From Saprospiraceae bacterium (lineage in GTDB: Bacteria > Bacteroidota > Bacteroidia > Chitinophagales > Saprospiraceae), in contig JADJLQ010000002.1 in assembly GCA_016709995.1 (NCBI GenBank), positions 1,070,524 through 1,134,523 on the forward strand: a DNA stretch of 64,000 nucleotides, read 5' to 3'. The position numbers and the translations under genes were made by a program. Below, in pieces: positions 1 to 10,357 of the stretch (the stretch's first letter is position 1; the number at the start of each line of letters is the position of its first letter). Below the pieces are notes generated by a model, which saw only the letters and a program-made list of their open reading frames with translations, had not been told where the DNA came from and ran no database searches.

Positions 1-322
<322 letters not shown>

Positions 323-380
323 TCAAAATCTAAAAAGAGTCAAGTTTCTATTAAAACCCGCCTGTAGGTTGGTTCAGGTA

Positions 381-1223
381 TTAAAACCAACGAACGACAT
401 TTTCCAACTCACCTATCCCATCTATTTGTATGGTCACTATATCACCTGACTCCAATGTAAAACTGGAAGGAGGTACTATCCCAGTACCTGTCATCAAATA
501 ACATCCTTTTTCAAAGATCAATCCTCGAAGCAAATATTCTTTTAACTCGGTGAAGTTTCTTTTCATCGTGCTTACGGTCGTCTGGCCATGATAGACACAG
601 CTGTTTTCTCTAAATATCTTTAATTCAATGCCGGTCGAAGGGGGTAATGGATCGGGGCTGATCATCAAGCAAGGACCTAGAGCAGCACTTCGTTCGTAAG
701 TCTTGGCTTGTGGAAGATAAAGGGTATTTTCACCTTCAATAGACCGTGAGCTCATGTCATTTCCGATAGTATAGCCTGCGATTTGTCCCTGGTTGTTTAC
801 AAATAAAGTGACTTCGGGTTCAGGTACGTTCCAGGTAGAATCTTTCCTGATATTGACATGCTCGCCAGGGCCTGCGACCCGGTGGGCCAAAGATTTAAAA
901 AATAATTCTGGGCGATCTGCATCATATACAAGGTCATAGGCAGATTTGGCGTGTTCACTTTCTTCCATTCTTGCATCTCTGCTCCTGAGATAAGTCACAC
1001 CGGAAGCCCACACTTCCTGGCTGTTTATGGGTGCCATAAGCTTCGTTTTGGATCCTAACCACGTGTCGGCATTGATTGCTTTGGCAGATTTGGTAAAATC
1101 CAACAGATGGTTGTGCAAAAAAGGTTCGTTGACTAAGCGATCCCAATCCTGATGTGGATAATAATAAAATTGTTGTTGGTGCTCTACTACGATGTGTTGG
1201 GCGGTACGATAAATTCTAATCAT
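381..1223 (-). CDS. fumarylacetoacetate hydrolase (FAH) family protein
   Basis: 280-aa ORF. The C-terminal half (GNDMSSR, GPCL, LMTGTG.VP, GDIV) looks like the FAH / 2-keto-4-pentenoate hydratase fold. Confidence 0.75.
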   Translation of the reverse strand: MIRIYRTAQHIVVEHQQQFYYYPHQDWDRLVNEPFLHNHLLDFTKSAKAINADTWLGSKTKLMAPINSQEVWASGVTYLRSRDARMEESEHAKSAYDLVYDADRPELFFKSLAHRVAGPGEHVNIRKDSTWNVPEPEVTLFVNNQGQIAGYTIGNDMSSRSIEGENTLYLPQAKTYERSAALGPCLMISPDPLPPSTGIELKIFRENSCVYHGQTTVSTMKRNFTELKEYLLRGLIFEKGCYLMTGTGIVPPSSFTLESGDIVTIQIDGIGELENVVRWF

Positions 1224-1245
1224 ATCAAATTCAAGTTTTGTTTAT

Positions 1246-1824
1246 TCAAAGTTGTGTCTCAGATATCCATTGTGAAGCTATATCATCAAGCTCCTGATAA
1301 AATTCTTCCCCATACTTCCTGATCAGGGCTGATTGAAGGAATCTATACACCGGCACTTTGAGTTTGGCACCTTGAGTACACGCCGGATTACAGATATCCC
1401 ATCGATCATAATTTAAAGCTTCCCAGTTTTCTGATTTGTGAATGCGGATCGGGTATAAATGGCAAGAAATGGGTTTGATCAAAGTAGTGGAGCCTTTCTT
1501 GTAGACTTGCTCGATGCTGCATTGTAATATGCCCATTGCATCCCTAATGGAGTAAATACATGCTCCGTCTGCTTTAAGAGGTGTATGAAAGGCGCCATCA
1601 TCAGCCTGGGTTGCTCTTTGGGTTTGGGCCAATGATTTGCCTTCTTCGTCTAATACAGGAGTGATCAAGTCTATATTCTGATTGAGCCACTCGACTTCGG
1701 CTGTTTCGAGAGGAGCCCCTCCATCACCCTCAATACAACAGGCTCCCTTACAAGCTTTCAGGTCACAAACAAACCTGTTTTCTATGACTTCAAGACTGAT
1801 TATTTTGCCTTGTACCTCTAACAT
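1246..1824 (-). CDS. DUF3109 family Cys-rich protein
   Basis: 192-aa ORF with the N-terminal motif CDLKACKGACCIEGDGGAPL and further conserved Cys, typical of the Bacteroidota DUF3109 family. Confidence 0.7.
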   Translation of the reverse strand: MLEVQGKIISLEVIENRFVCDLKACKGACCIEGDGGAPLETAEVEWLNQNIDLITPVLDEEGKSLAQTQRATQADDGAFHTPLKADGACIYSIRDAMGILQCSIEQVYKKGSTTLIKPISCHLYPIRIHKSENWEALNYDRWDICNPACTQGAKLKVPVYRFLQSALIRKYGEEFYQELDDIASQWISETQL

Positions 1825-2009
1825 ATTGGGGCCAAATTAATGTATTTTTTTACCTTGAGACCCTCATGTAACTTAGGAAAAATTGAAAAAAGTAAGAATT
1901 GAGGTGTGGAATTTTAAAATAATTGATTTAAATCAGGATGAATCCAATATTTTTGAGCTCCGAATAATAATGGCTGTATATTAATCTTATGAAGAATTTG
2001 TAGAACGAA

Positions 2010-3332
2010 ATGGACGAACTCAAGCAAATATTTAGACAAAAATCGCAAGATCTTAAAGAACAAATCAGGTCCTTGCTTAAAGAGCATGGCAATATGAAAT
2101 TGGATGAGGTCAAACTTGAACAAGCCTATGGAGGCATGAGAGGCATAAAGAGTATGATCTGGGAAACCTCCTTGCTGGATGCACAGGATGGTATCAAATT
2201 TAGAGGTTATAGTATCCCTCAACTCCAGGCATTGCTCCCCAAGGCAGATAATGGCACTGAACCTTTGCCTGAAGGCATATTTTGGCTCATGCTGACAGGA
2301 GAAATACCCTCCCGGGACCAGGTACTTTGGTTGACAGACGAGTGGGAGCGCAGGGCGGTATTGCCATATGCTGTGACAAAAGTGCTCGATGCGCTGCCGT
2401 TAGATGTGCACCCCATGACTCAATTCAGTATAGCGATCAATGCTATGCAGGTAGATTCAATATTTCATAAAAAGTATGAAGAAGGGTTGTCTAAAAACGA
2501 CTACTGGGATCCTACGTACGAAGATGCCATGAATTTAATAGCCAGGATCCCTCATGCCGCTGCTTATATCTACAGACGAACTTTTAAAGAGAATCAGCAT
2601 ATCCCTGCAGACCTTTCTTTAGGGTGGGCGGCAAATTATGCTCATATGCTGGGCTTGGAAGGAATGGAAAGTTATGAGCTGATGCGCTTGTATCTTACCA
2701 TCCATGCAGACCATGAAGGAGGTAATGCCTCAGCGCATACTGCCCATTTAGTCGGATCTACGCTGAGTGATGTCTACTTATCTTATGCCGCCGCAATGAA
2801 CGCGCTCGCAGGGCCTCTACATGGCTTAGCCAACCAGGAAGTGATCAAATGGATATTTGAGATGGTAGATAAGCTCAATACCCGTACTCCGACGAAAGAT
2901 CAAATCACCGCTTATATTCATGAAACACTCAGTCAGGGCAAAGTGATACCCGGATATGGACATGCAGTCCTCAGAAAACCCGACCCAAGATTTTACGCTC
3001 AAAAACAATTTTCAGAAAGATACCTGGCTGACGACGATATCATTAAAATCGTGTGGCAATTATTTGACATTGTACCACCTGTACTCCAGAGCTTAGGAAA
3101 GGTTAGTAACCCCTGGCCCAATGTAGATGCACATAGTGGAGCTATGTTGGTACACTATGGACTGACAGAATATAATTATTATACCGTGTTGTTTGGAGTA
3201 TCCAGGTCATTAGGCGTGATGGCGGCACAATGTTGGTCACGGGCACTTGGATTTCCACTTGAAAGGCCTAAGTCATTGACCAGCGAATGGATCTTCGACT
3301 TTGTACAACAAAATACCCTTACCAAAGCTTAA
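2010..3332 (+). CDS. gltA: citrate synthase
   Basis: 440-aa ORF with GGMRG, HADHEGGNASAH, GPLHGLANQEV and PGYGHAVLR motifs. Confidence 0.93.
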   Translation: MDELKQIFRQKSQDLKEQIRSLLKEHGNMKLDEVKLEQAYGGMRGIKSMIWETSLLDAQDGIKFRGYSIPQLQALLPKADNGTEPLPEGIFWLMLTGEIPSRDQVLWLTDEWERRAVLPYAVTKVLDALPLDVHPMTQFSIAINAMQVDSIFHKKYEEGLSKNDYWDPTYEDAMNLIARIPHAAAYIYRRTFKENQHIPADLSLGWAANYAHMLGLEGMESYELMRLYLTIHADHEGGNASAHTAHLVGSTLSDVYLSYAAAMNALAGPLHGLANQEVIKWIFEMVDKLNTRTPTKDQITAYIHETLSQGKVIPGYGHAVLRKPDPRFYAQKQFSERYLADDDIIKIVWQLFDIVPPVLQSLGKVSNPWPNVDAHSGAMLVHYGLTEYNYYTVLFGVSRSLGVMAAQCWSRALGFPLERPKSLTSEWIFDFVQQNTLTKA

Positions 3333-3354
3333 TTGACCATTTAACCACATTACC

Positions 3355-3750
3355 ATGTCTATCATCGATTCTTCACTCAAATATACCCCAGAGCACGAAT
3401 GGGTAAAAACGATATCTGACACCGAAATTCTCGTGGGTATCACCGATTTTGCACAAGGAGAACTTGGCGAATTGGTCTATGTCGAAGTAAATACTGTTGG
3501 GAAAAAGCTTCGGAAAGGCGATATTTTTGGTACAGTCGAGGCCGTAAAAACTACTTCAGATCTGTTTGTACCAGTAGGCGGCACTATCAAGGAGTTTAAC
3601 GAAGCCATTAGTGAAAAAGGTGGAGATCAGCCCGGGCTAATTAATGATGACCCGTACGGGCAGGGCTGGATCGTCCGTGTAGAGATTAATGATCCGGCTG
3701 AATTGGATACACTGTTATCAGGGGATGAATATCTGGCTCTTTTGCAATAG
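3355..3750 (+). CDS. gcvH: glycine cleavage system protein H
   Basis: 131-aa ORF with YTPEHEW, GITDFAQ and the lipoyl-lysine motif VEAVKTTSD. Confidence 0.92.
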   Translation: MSIIDSSLKYTPEHEWVKTISDTEILVGITDFAQGELGELVYVEVNTVGKKLRKGDIFGTVEAVKTTSDLFVPVGGTIKEFNEAISEKGGDQPGLINDDPYGQGWIVRVEINDPAELDTLLSGDEYLALLQ

Positions 3751-3756
3751 GCTTAT

Positions 3757-4149
3757 TTGCACACACCAAAATTGGTAGTCAACCTCATCTTATTTATCAG
3801 AAAGTACAAACTAAGTATATTATGGACCTTGACCATAATATTCCTTAGCTTACTTCCTAAAAGTTCTTTCCCCGATTTAAAGCTTCAAATGAAGTATCTG
3901 GACAAAATCGTTCACTTCGGTTTTTATTTTTTACTGATTAGTTTTTACCTCTACGAGTCAGGCAGTGTGAGTTCAAAATCATTAATAATCAAGGGCTTAT
4001 TATTTTGTATGCTGTTAGCAATAGGGACTGAATTTGGTCAATTGATGTTTTCGGCTAGCCGTAGTTTTGAGATATGGGATATTGTTGCTAATATTATCGG
4101 GTCATTTAGTGGATTAATTATTTTTCGAACTTTAAAACAGTTTATATGA
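3757..4149 (+). CDS. VanZ family membrane protein
   Basis: 130-aa hydrophobic ORF with a DKIVHFGFY motif and a GTEFGQ...SRSFEIWDIVAN segment. TTG start per the ORF track. Confidence 0.6.
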   Translation: MHTPKLVVNLILFIRKYKLSILWTLTIIFLSLLPKSSFPDLKLQMKYLDKIVHFGFYFLLISFYLYESGSVSSKSLIIKGLLFCMLLAIGTEFGQLMFSASRSFEIWDIVANIIGSFSGLIIFRTLKQFI

Positions 4150-5069
4150 ATTTAACAGAAATTGACGGTAAAATCGGCATTTGGCTGGTATTAGCTATCG
4201 TGGCTTCTGTGGTTGCAGTGATCTATGTTCTTAAATCCATATTTAAGAAAACTGCGACTGAAGATCTTGCGAGCAAATACAAAGACAAAAAATGGGATTC
4301 GCCGATGGAAGGCACCTATAAGTATCCGGATGTGGATGTTTTTGGGATGAGTGGTCCTATTTTCAGATACGGTTTGGCTGCTGCATTAGCGCTGTCTGTC
4401 ATAGGACTTAACTGGACTTCTTATGACAAGAAAGTAATCATACCTACAGGAGCTCTTGCTTTTGATGATGAAATACAGGTAGAAGTACCTCGTACCGCCG
4501 AGCCGCCACCACCTCCGCCACCACCTCCGCCACCTGTGGTTCAGGAGATTAAAGTAACTGAGGAAAAGATTGAGGAAAAAGTAGAGTTTGTGGATCAGTC
4601 TATACAGGAAGAAACTGTAGTGGAGGCTCCCCCACCACCTGCTCCTAAGAAAGAAGCTCCCCCACCACCACCCCCACCACCTCCTCCAAAGAATGAGCCT
4701 GATGAAATCTTTAAGGTGGTTGAAGAAGCTCCCCGTTTTCCGGGATGCGAAGACAAGGGGTCTATGGACGAAAAAAAGAAGTGTGCCGACGAAAAAATGT
4801 TGCAATACTTATATAAAAACATCAAGTATCCCAATATCGCTAAAGAAAATGGTGTACAAGGGAGATGTGTGGTTACCTTCGTCGTTGAAAAGGATGGTAG
4901 AATCACTGACGCCAAAGTAGTAAGAGATATCGGAGGCGGCTGCGGCGAAGAAGCTTTAAGAGTGGTTAATTCTATGAATGAAATGGGAGAACGCTGGAAA
5001 CCAGGCAAACAAAGAGGAAATGCCGTGAGGGTTCAGTTTAACTTGCCAGTCACGTTTAAGCTCAATTAA
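4146..5069 (+). CDS. energy transducer TonB family protein with poly-Pro linkers
   Basis: 307 aa: N-terminal TM helix, two PPPPPPPPP tracts, and a C-terminal TonB-C-like domain (FPGCED...YP..A...GVQGRCVVTFVVEKDG...W.PG.QRG.AV). Confidence 0.8.
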   Translation: MNLTEIDGKIGIWLVLAIVASVVAVIYVLKSIFKKTATEDLASKYKDKKWDSPMEGTYKYPDVDVFGMSGPIFRYGLAAALALSVIGLNWTSYDKKVIIPTGALAFDDEIQVEVPRTAEPPPPPPPPPPPVVQEIKVTEEKIEEKVEFVDQSIQEETVVEAPPPPAPKKEAPPPPPPPPPPKNEPDEIFKVVEEAPRFPGCEDKGSMDEKKKCADEKMLQYLYKNIKYPNIAKENGVQGRCVVTFVVEKDGRITDAKVVRDIGGGCGEEALRVVNSMNEMGERWKPGKQRGNAVRVQFNLPVTFKLN

Positions 5070-5091
5070 TTATTTTACAATACAATGAAAG

Positions 5092-5124
5092 AGGCTGCCT
5101 GATGGATCAAGCAGCCTTTTTCTT
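5092..5124 (+). terminator. rho-independent terminator candidate after the first TonB gene
   Basis: Stem aggctgc (5092-5098) pairs with gcagcct (5111-5117), followed by tttttc. This also argues that the ORF-track start at 5102 is spurious. Confidence 0.55.
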
Positions 5125-5152
5125 TATTATAACTTTATCCAAATTAATTATT

Positions 5153-5704
5153 ATGAAGCGGTTTTTTCTGGACAACAAGCAATACCTACTGATCATAGCA
5201 GCGGTGATCGCAGCATTTATCTTTAGAAACTTATTTATTTCAGAGGCTAAATCGACAGTACAAAGTGAAATCAAATCCAATACCGCACCTTCAGGACAGA
5301 GTGATGAAGAGCTAGGTATTCTACATGTGGTAGAAGTAGCACCCAGATTCCCGGGTTGTGAAGATTTATCGACTATAGATGAAAAGAAAAAATGTGCGGA
5401 TCAGAAAATGCTCCAATATCTGTATGGTCATATCACCTATCCTCAATACGCCAAAGACCATGGTATTGAAGGAAGATGTGTAGTCACTTTTGTGGTTGAA
5501 ACTGATGGTTCGATCAGTGAAGCTAAAATCTTAAAGGATATCGGTGGTGGATGTGGAGAAGCTTCTTTGAACATAGTGAACTCCATGAACCAAATGCCTC
5601 AGCGCTGGATACCAGGCACTCAAAAGGGCAAAGCAGTTCGGGTCAGATTTAATTTGCCGGTTTCCTTTAAACTCAAGCCGATTGAGGAAGAGGAGGTTAA
5701 ATAA
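5153..5704 (+). CDS. TonB C-terminal domain protein (short paralog of 4146..5069)
   Basis: I take the start at MKRFFLDNKQY (5153). TM helix, then a C-terminal domain that aligns colinearly with the upstream gene (APRFPGCED...KKKCAD.KMLQYLY...GRCVVTFVVE.DG...GGGCGE). Confidence 0.75.
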   Translation: MKRFFLDNKQYLLIIAAVIAAFIFRNLFISEAKSTVQSEIKSNTAPSGQSDEELGILHVVEVAPRFPGCEDLSTIDEKKKCADQKMLQYLYGHITYPQYAKDHGIEGRCVVTFVVETDGSISEAKILKDIGGGCGEASLNIVNSMNQMPQRWIPGTQKGKAVRVRFNLPVSFKLKPIEEEEVK

Positions 5705-5721
5705 ATATCTATTGCCTAATT

Positions 5722-8700
5722 TTATTGGCCAAGTTCCATTGTATTGTCAAGTGGGATTTTTTGATCTTCCATGGCCAGGTAGACAGCATCTAATAATCTC
5801 GATCGATATTCATCTTTGTGCAGCCGGTTATTGTTCATAGAAGGATAAGTCCGATTACATAAGAATACGAACACCAATTGTTTTTCAGGGTCTACCCACG
5901 CACAAGTGCCCGTGAAACCTGTGTGACCAAAAGTACCAGGGGATGCCAAATAGCCTGCTGGCTGAGGTTTGGCGGGGTCTAATTCTTTCATGTCAAATCC
6001 AATGCCACGGCGAGTAGAACCTAATTGCCTGGTAGCGAACAGCTTGACCGTCGATGATTTTATAAGTTTTTCACCACCATATTGACCTCCATTAAGAAAA
6101 AGCTGCATGATGGTACCTAGTTCTAATGCATTACTAAAAAGTCCTGCATGACCGCTTACACCATTCATCATGGCTGCTCCCATATCGTGGACATAACCCT
6201 GGATAGTCATTTTTCTCCAATAAGTATCTTTTTCGGTTGGGGCAATCGAGGATAAAGGATATAATTTGTAAGGATTATATAAAGTGTGTGTGAGCCCCAA
6301 TGGAGTATAGAAGAATTTTGACACAAACTGATCTATCGAAAGACCTGACTGATATTTGACCATCTGGGCTATCAGATAAAACCCTAAGTCGCTGTAGAGG
6401 TAATTTTTATTAGTCCTTAATTGAGAATCTAAAATTTGTTGCCAGATCTGTTGGTCATAGCCTGTCTTAAGATATAACCCTTTTTCAACAGGCAGGCTGT
6501 ACTTTGAGCTTTCTGTAGTGGCGTAAATAGAAGGATCTAATTTGTAAGTGCGTTTGCCAGTTTTGACCAGGGTTTCTTTGTAAAATGGAATCCATCCAAG
6601 CAGTCCTGCCTGGTGGCTCATGATTTCGGTTATATTAAGTGATGACTTGTTAGATTGTTTAAGATCTGGTAGATAGTCAGACATAGGTTGGTCCAAAGTG
6701 ATTTTGCCTTCGTCATATAATCTCATAACTGACAAAGTGCTTGCTGCTACTTTCGTAAGACTGGCAAGGTCATACATGTCGGTCAGGTTTACAGGAATTT
6801 TATGCTCATAATCCTGATAGCCAAAGGCTTTTTGATAGACAATTTTTCCTTCTCTTGCTACCAATAACTGACCACCTGGAGCAGCATGGATAGATACGAT
6901 ATCACTGGTCAAGGCATCTAAAGCCTCTAACTTTTGCCCATCGATTCGTACCCGTTCAGGAATGGCATATCCAAATCGCATTAAACTTTCTGAGTTGAGC
7001 CCTGCGCCGAAGGGCATGTTAGGGCCAGATGATACCGGCAGTCGCCCATTGATGCCTATGGCGCCAACAATAGCTTGAGCAGTGAGGTCTTGCATCAAGG
7101 CATCGTCTTCATAAGACTGTATGAGCCAATCACTGTCGCCAAAATTAGTCAGCGCATAAGGGCTTCCAAAAGACACCAGGATCACTTTGGTAGTTAGACT
7201 GAGCTGGTTGATGAATTTTAAAGCACTGCCAGAGAGTCCAAAGTTTTGCTTGATGTTTTTATTAAGACCATGAAGGCTGACTATGACGATATCGGAATTT
7301 TTAAAGCTGGCTAATAGGTTGTTGGATTGTGTTACGCTGATGTCAGTGTCGGCTTGTTGGTGATAGATTTTTGCGTAACTGTCCAACCTCCATTGAAACG
7401 GAGTCTTGGTTTTACTACCAATCGACAAAGAGGCGATTTTATGCTGATCTAATTCTGTCAGCGGAATCAACCGGTTTTTATTTTTGACCAGAGTGATGGC
7501 TTGTTCGTAAAGTTTGCTTTTGAGTGCCTGCGCTTTTGGGTTATTGACATCTTTATCCAGGTTGCTTAGTGAAACACGTGGATCTTGACTCAATCCCATG
7601 CGATATTTTGCAAGCAAAATTTTCCTCACCGTTTGATCAAGTTTTGATTTTAATTCAGAGCTCTCATTTACAGCTTTAAGTATCTGTGTAAAGGATAGGT
7701 CAATATCGTTAGGCAGGCATAGCACATCGCAACCGGCATTAAAGGCTACTAATTCCAAAGCACCAGGATCGTAATTTTTAGTTACAGCTTTCATCTCCAG
7801 GGCATCAGAAAAAATGAGACCATCAAAGGCCATTTCATTTTTAATCAATCCTGTCATGGTGGAACTGGAAAGTGAAGTAGGCAGCAATTTGTTTGTTTCT
7901 AAAGCAGGCACCTGCAAATGGGCTACCATGACACTCTGCATACCTTGGTCAAACAATAATCTGAATGGGAAGAGCTCTATGGAGTCCAACCTGGCCCTGT
8001 TATAAGGGATCACCGGGAGATCAAGATGGCTGTCTACATCAGTATCGCCATGACCAGGAAAATGTTTTGCACAAGCCATGACACCATGATCCTGCATACC
8101 CTGCATATATTGGTAAGCTTTGGTAGTGACTGCTATCCTGTTCTCACCAAATGATCTATCATTGATGACTGGATTGGCCGCATTGATATTAATGTCGACG
8201 ACTGGAGCAAAATTGATTTGAGTGCCAATGCGCCTAAGCTGATCGGCTATCTCCGCACCCATATCATAGATCAGTTTGTTCTCCTTAAGAGCCCCCAAGG
8301 TCAATTGCCTTGGAAAACTAATTGCAGCAGATTTATGTCGCATGCCCAACCCCCATTCTGCATCGATGGCCACCATAAGTGGTGTCTTGGACATAGCCTG
8401 GTAATTATTCGATAATTCAGCTTGCTTCAATGGAGTGCCCTGGAAAAAACAAAGCCCGCCTACATGATATTTTTTTATTTGTCTTTCCACTTCAGCTATA
8501 TGCTCCGGACCTTTGTCTGAGTGGGCCCTGATCATAAAAAGCTGACCAATTTTTTCGTCAACACTAAGAGAAGTGAAAACCGAATCTACCCATTGGGCTT
8601 CAGCCGCCGGAATGGTTGGTGTGTAAGGGACCTGCACAGGCGGAGCAAAACTTACAAACTGAACTAACAATAGAGATAAGAGTAACAAACTTTTCGGCAT
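5722..8700 (-). CDS. glycoside hydrolase family 3 (NagZ-like) fused to a beta-lactamase-fold serine hydrolase
   Basis: 992 aa with a signal peptide. The N-terminal half has GH3 motifs (KHFPGHGDT..DSH, GLIFSDALEM). The C-terminal half has the S-x-x-K motif (DLASLTKV) and YSD/HTGFTG motifs of class C/AmpH-like hydrolases. Confidence 0.85.
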   Translation of the reverse strand: MPKSLLLLSLLLVQFVSFAPPVQVPYTPTIPAAEAQWVDSVFTSLSVDEKIGQLFMIRAHSDKGPEHIAEVERQIKKYHVGGLCFFQGTPLKQAELSNNYQAMSKTPLMVAIDAEWGLGMRHKSAAISFPRQLTLGALKENKLIYDMGAEIADQLRRIGTQINFAPVVDININAANPVINDRSFGENRIAVTTKAYQYMQGMQDHGVMACAKHFPGHGDTDVDSHLDLPVIPYNRARLDSIELFPFRLLFDQGMQSVMVAHLQVPALETNKLLPTSLSSSTMTGLIKNEMAFDGLIFSDALEMKAVTKNYDPGALELVAFNAGCDVLCLPNDIDLSFTQILKAVNESSELKSKLDQTVRKILLAKYRMGLSQDPRVSLSNLDKDVNNPKAQALKSKLYEQAITLVKNKNRLIPLTELDQHKIASLSIGSKTKTPFQWRLDSYAKIYHQQADTDISVTQSNNLLASFKNSDIVIVSLHGLNKNIKQNFGLSGSALKFINQLSLTTKVILVSFGSPYALTNFGDSDWLIQSYEDDALMQDLTAQAIVGAIGINGRLPVSSGPNMPFGAGLNSESLMRFGYAIPERVRIDGQKLEALDALTSDIVSIHAAPGGQLLVAREGKIVYQKAFGYQDYEHKIPVNLTDMYDLASLTKVAASTLSVMRLYDEGKITLDQPMSDYLPDLKQSNKSSLNITEIMSHQAGLLGWIPFYKETLVKTGKRTYKLDPSIYATTESSKYSLPVEKGLYLKTGYDQQIWQQILDSQLRTNKNYLYSDLGFYLIAQMVKYQSGLSIDQFVSKFFYTPLGLTHTLYNPYKLYPLSSIAPTEKDTYWRKMTIQGYVHDMGAAMMNGVSGHAGLFSNALELGTIMQLFLNGGQYGGEKLIKSSTVKLFATRQLGSTRRGIGFDMKELDPAKPQPAGYLASPGTFGHTGFTGTCAWVDPEKQLVFVFLCNRTYPSMNNNRLHKDEYRSRLLDAVYLAMEDQKIPLDNTMELGQ

Positions 8701-8938
8701 GTTACAAATTTATTGAATAATTATTTAAAGTCAGTTAATGCTTCATGGTCTTATGAAAAGAATAAATATGCTTAAAAAGTATATACACATTTAATGAATA
8801 CAAAATCAATTAGAGCATAAGGAATTAACCATGATAGTAGGGTATTTATTCCAGTAAAGATCCTAAAGGTTAATTTAAAAAAATAGAAACCAAAATCTTA
8901 AAAAACAATGAAATCAAACGGCAAGTCTACAGACTCAC

Positions 8939-10357
8939 TTATTTGCTTGTAGGTATGGTCCAGGATAAGGCAAACTGACTGCCAAAAGATCTTAACCGAA
9001 CATGGCCTTCGCCAACTCCTTTTAGGGGTAGTTGGTAATAAGGAGTGATGGAAATGCCTAAATGTCGTGAAATCGATTTTTGAATGCTTACGCCCGCGGA
9101 TGCCGCGGCAAGCCAATGCCAGTTCTTTAGGGTATAGTCATCCACAGAGTGACCAGGTTTGGAATTAGCATGGAGATAATCATAAGCATAAACCTCTCTA
9201 TCCATTCGCATTGAACTAATACCGGCATTTAAAACCAAAACAAAAGATTTAGTGTTAATCAGGTCGTACTTCAAATAGATAGGCAGTTGCAGTACACTGC
9301 AGGCACCCTTGATATTATTAATCGTTAATTTCTTAAAATAGCTATTGTAGGGAATCTCGTAATCTTCCTTCATAGCATTGTAATATTTTGTTGATTTCTG
9401 AAGCCCCGCGCTGAGTGTAAATCTGTTCATCTTGAATCCAAGGTCTACACCGTAAGCCTTGCCTAATTGGCTGTAAGATCTTTGAACTACGCTGGTATAT
9501 TCTGGAGACCAACCAAGTTCAATAGAAAGTGAAGTGTGCCTGGGTGATTTGGTTGTGATAGGCATTGGATCATCCCAATGTTTTAAATGAATCACTCTGT
9601 CATACTCCATGGATTCAATATTAATGGGAGGTAAGACTTGAATGTTGAGTAACTTGTTTTGAGTGGTCTGGGACGAACCAATAGTAGGATCCACGGTTTC
9701 ATTATTAGGATCGATTTTGAGTACATTCGCAGATTGGTTGGGAGAAGGAGATTGGTCTTTGGATTCAGTCAATGATGCAGACGAGTGCCTGCTAATGACT
9801 TTATCGGCCAATGGAAATTTGTCAGCGTAAGGGGATTTGTCCAGGCCACTCAAACGGCTTTTATTAACTCCGGTTGATGATAAAGTGCCAGAAATTTTCT
9901 GCTTAAGTGTTTTAGATTCGTGATTGAATGAAGCGGCATTGGCAATAGGGCTAGCCATGTCTGCGTGACCAGTTTTGTTTTGTTCAACCTCAAGATTTGC
10001 ATTGTCTATTTGTGCAAAATCTGAGGTCACTGGTCCCTGTCCAAAAATCCGATCAGTGGTTACTTTTAAAGGATATAAATTGGGTTTTATCGAATTATAA
10101 GCTTCGCTGGAAAGTACTGGTAAAGGATGTTGCATTGATTTTTGAGAGTCAGAAGGCAAGTATTTAATGATGGCCAATAATGTGGTTCCGATGATCAAAA
10201 GGCCTAAGGGCCAAAATAATAGGGCAAATCTTTTTCTTTTTCTTTTATTCAACAGGTATTCCATCTCATGCCAGGACTGTTCATGAAAGGGGCTGTCTGC
10301 ATCAGCAGCTAGCTTTTTTATATACTCATCAAAATCTTCAGATTGCTTTTGGTTCAT
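8939..10357 (-). CDS. putative anti-sigma factor: N-terminal cytoplasmic segment, one TM helix, Ser/Pro-rich linker, C-terminal beta-barrel-like domain
   Basis: Likely start MNQKQSEDF (10357), overlapping the sigma gene stop by 20 nt. TM helix FALLFWPLGLLIIGTTLLAII. The C-terminal ~200 aa show alternating hydrophobic beta-strand patterns. Confidence 0.5.
   Translation of the reverse strand: MNQKQSEDFDEYIKKLAADADSPFHEQSWHEMEYLLNKRKRKRFALLFWPLGLLIIGTTLLAIIKYLPSDSQKSMQHPLPVLSSEAYNSIKPNLYPLKVTTDRIFGQGPVTSDFAQIDNANLEVEQNKTGHADMASPIANAASFNHESKTLKQKISGTLSSTGVNKSRLSGLDKSPYADKFPLADKVISRHSSASLTESKDQSPSPNQSANVLKIDPNNETVDPTIGSSQTTQNKLLNIQVLPPINIESMEYDRVIHLKHWDDPMPITTKSPRHTSLSIELGWSPEYTSVVQRSYSQLGKAYGVDLGFKMNRFTLSAGLQKSTKYYNAMKEDYEIPYNSYFKKLTINNIKGACSVLQLPIYLKYDLINTKSFVLVLNAGISSMRMDREVYAYDYLHANSKPGHSVDDYTLKNWHWLAAASAGVSIQKSISRHLGISITPYYQLPLKGVGEGHVRLRSFGSQFALSWTIPTSK

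Noticed and set aside
4386-5008. Antisense ORFs (139 and 137 aa) over the TonB gene, rich in W/R/G.
   Set aside because: They are the reverse-complement reading of the poly-Pro (CCN) tracts. They have no motif content, and the sense strand encodes a clear TonB.
5102-5152. ORF-track start of the second TonB-like gene at 5102 (MDQAAFFFII…).
   Set aside because: That segment is the loop and descending arm of the terminator-like hairpin plus its T-run. MKRFF at 5153 gives a normal N-terminus with a TM helix.
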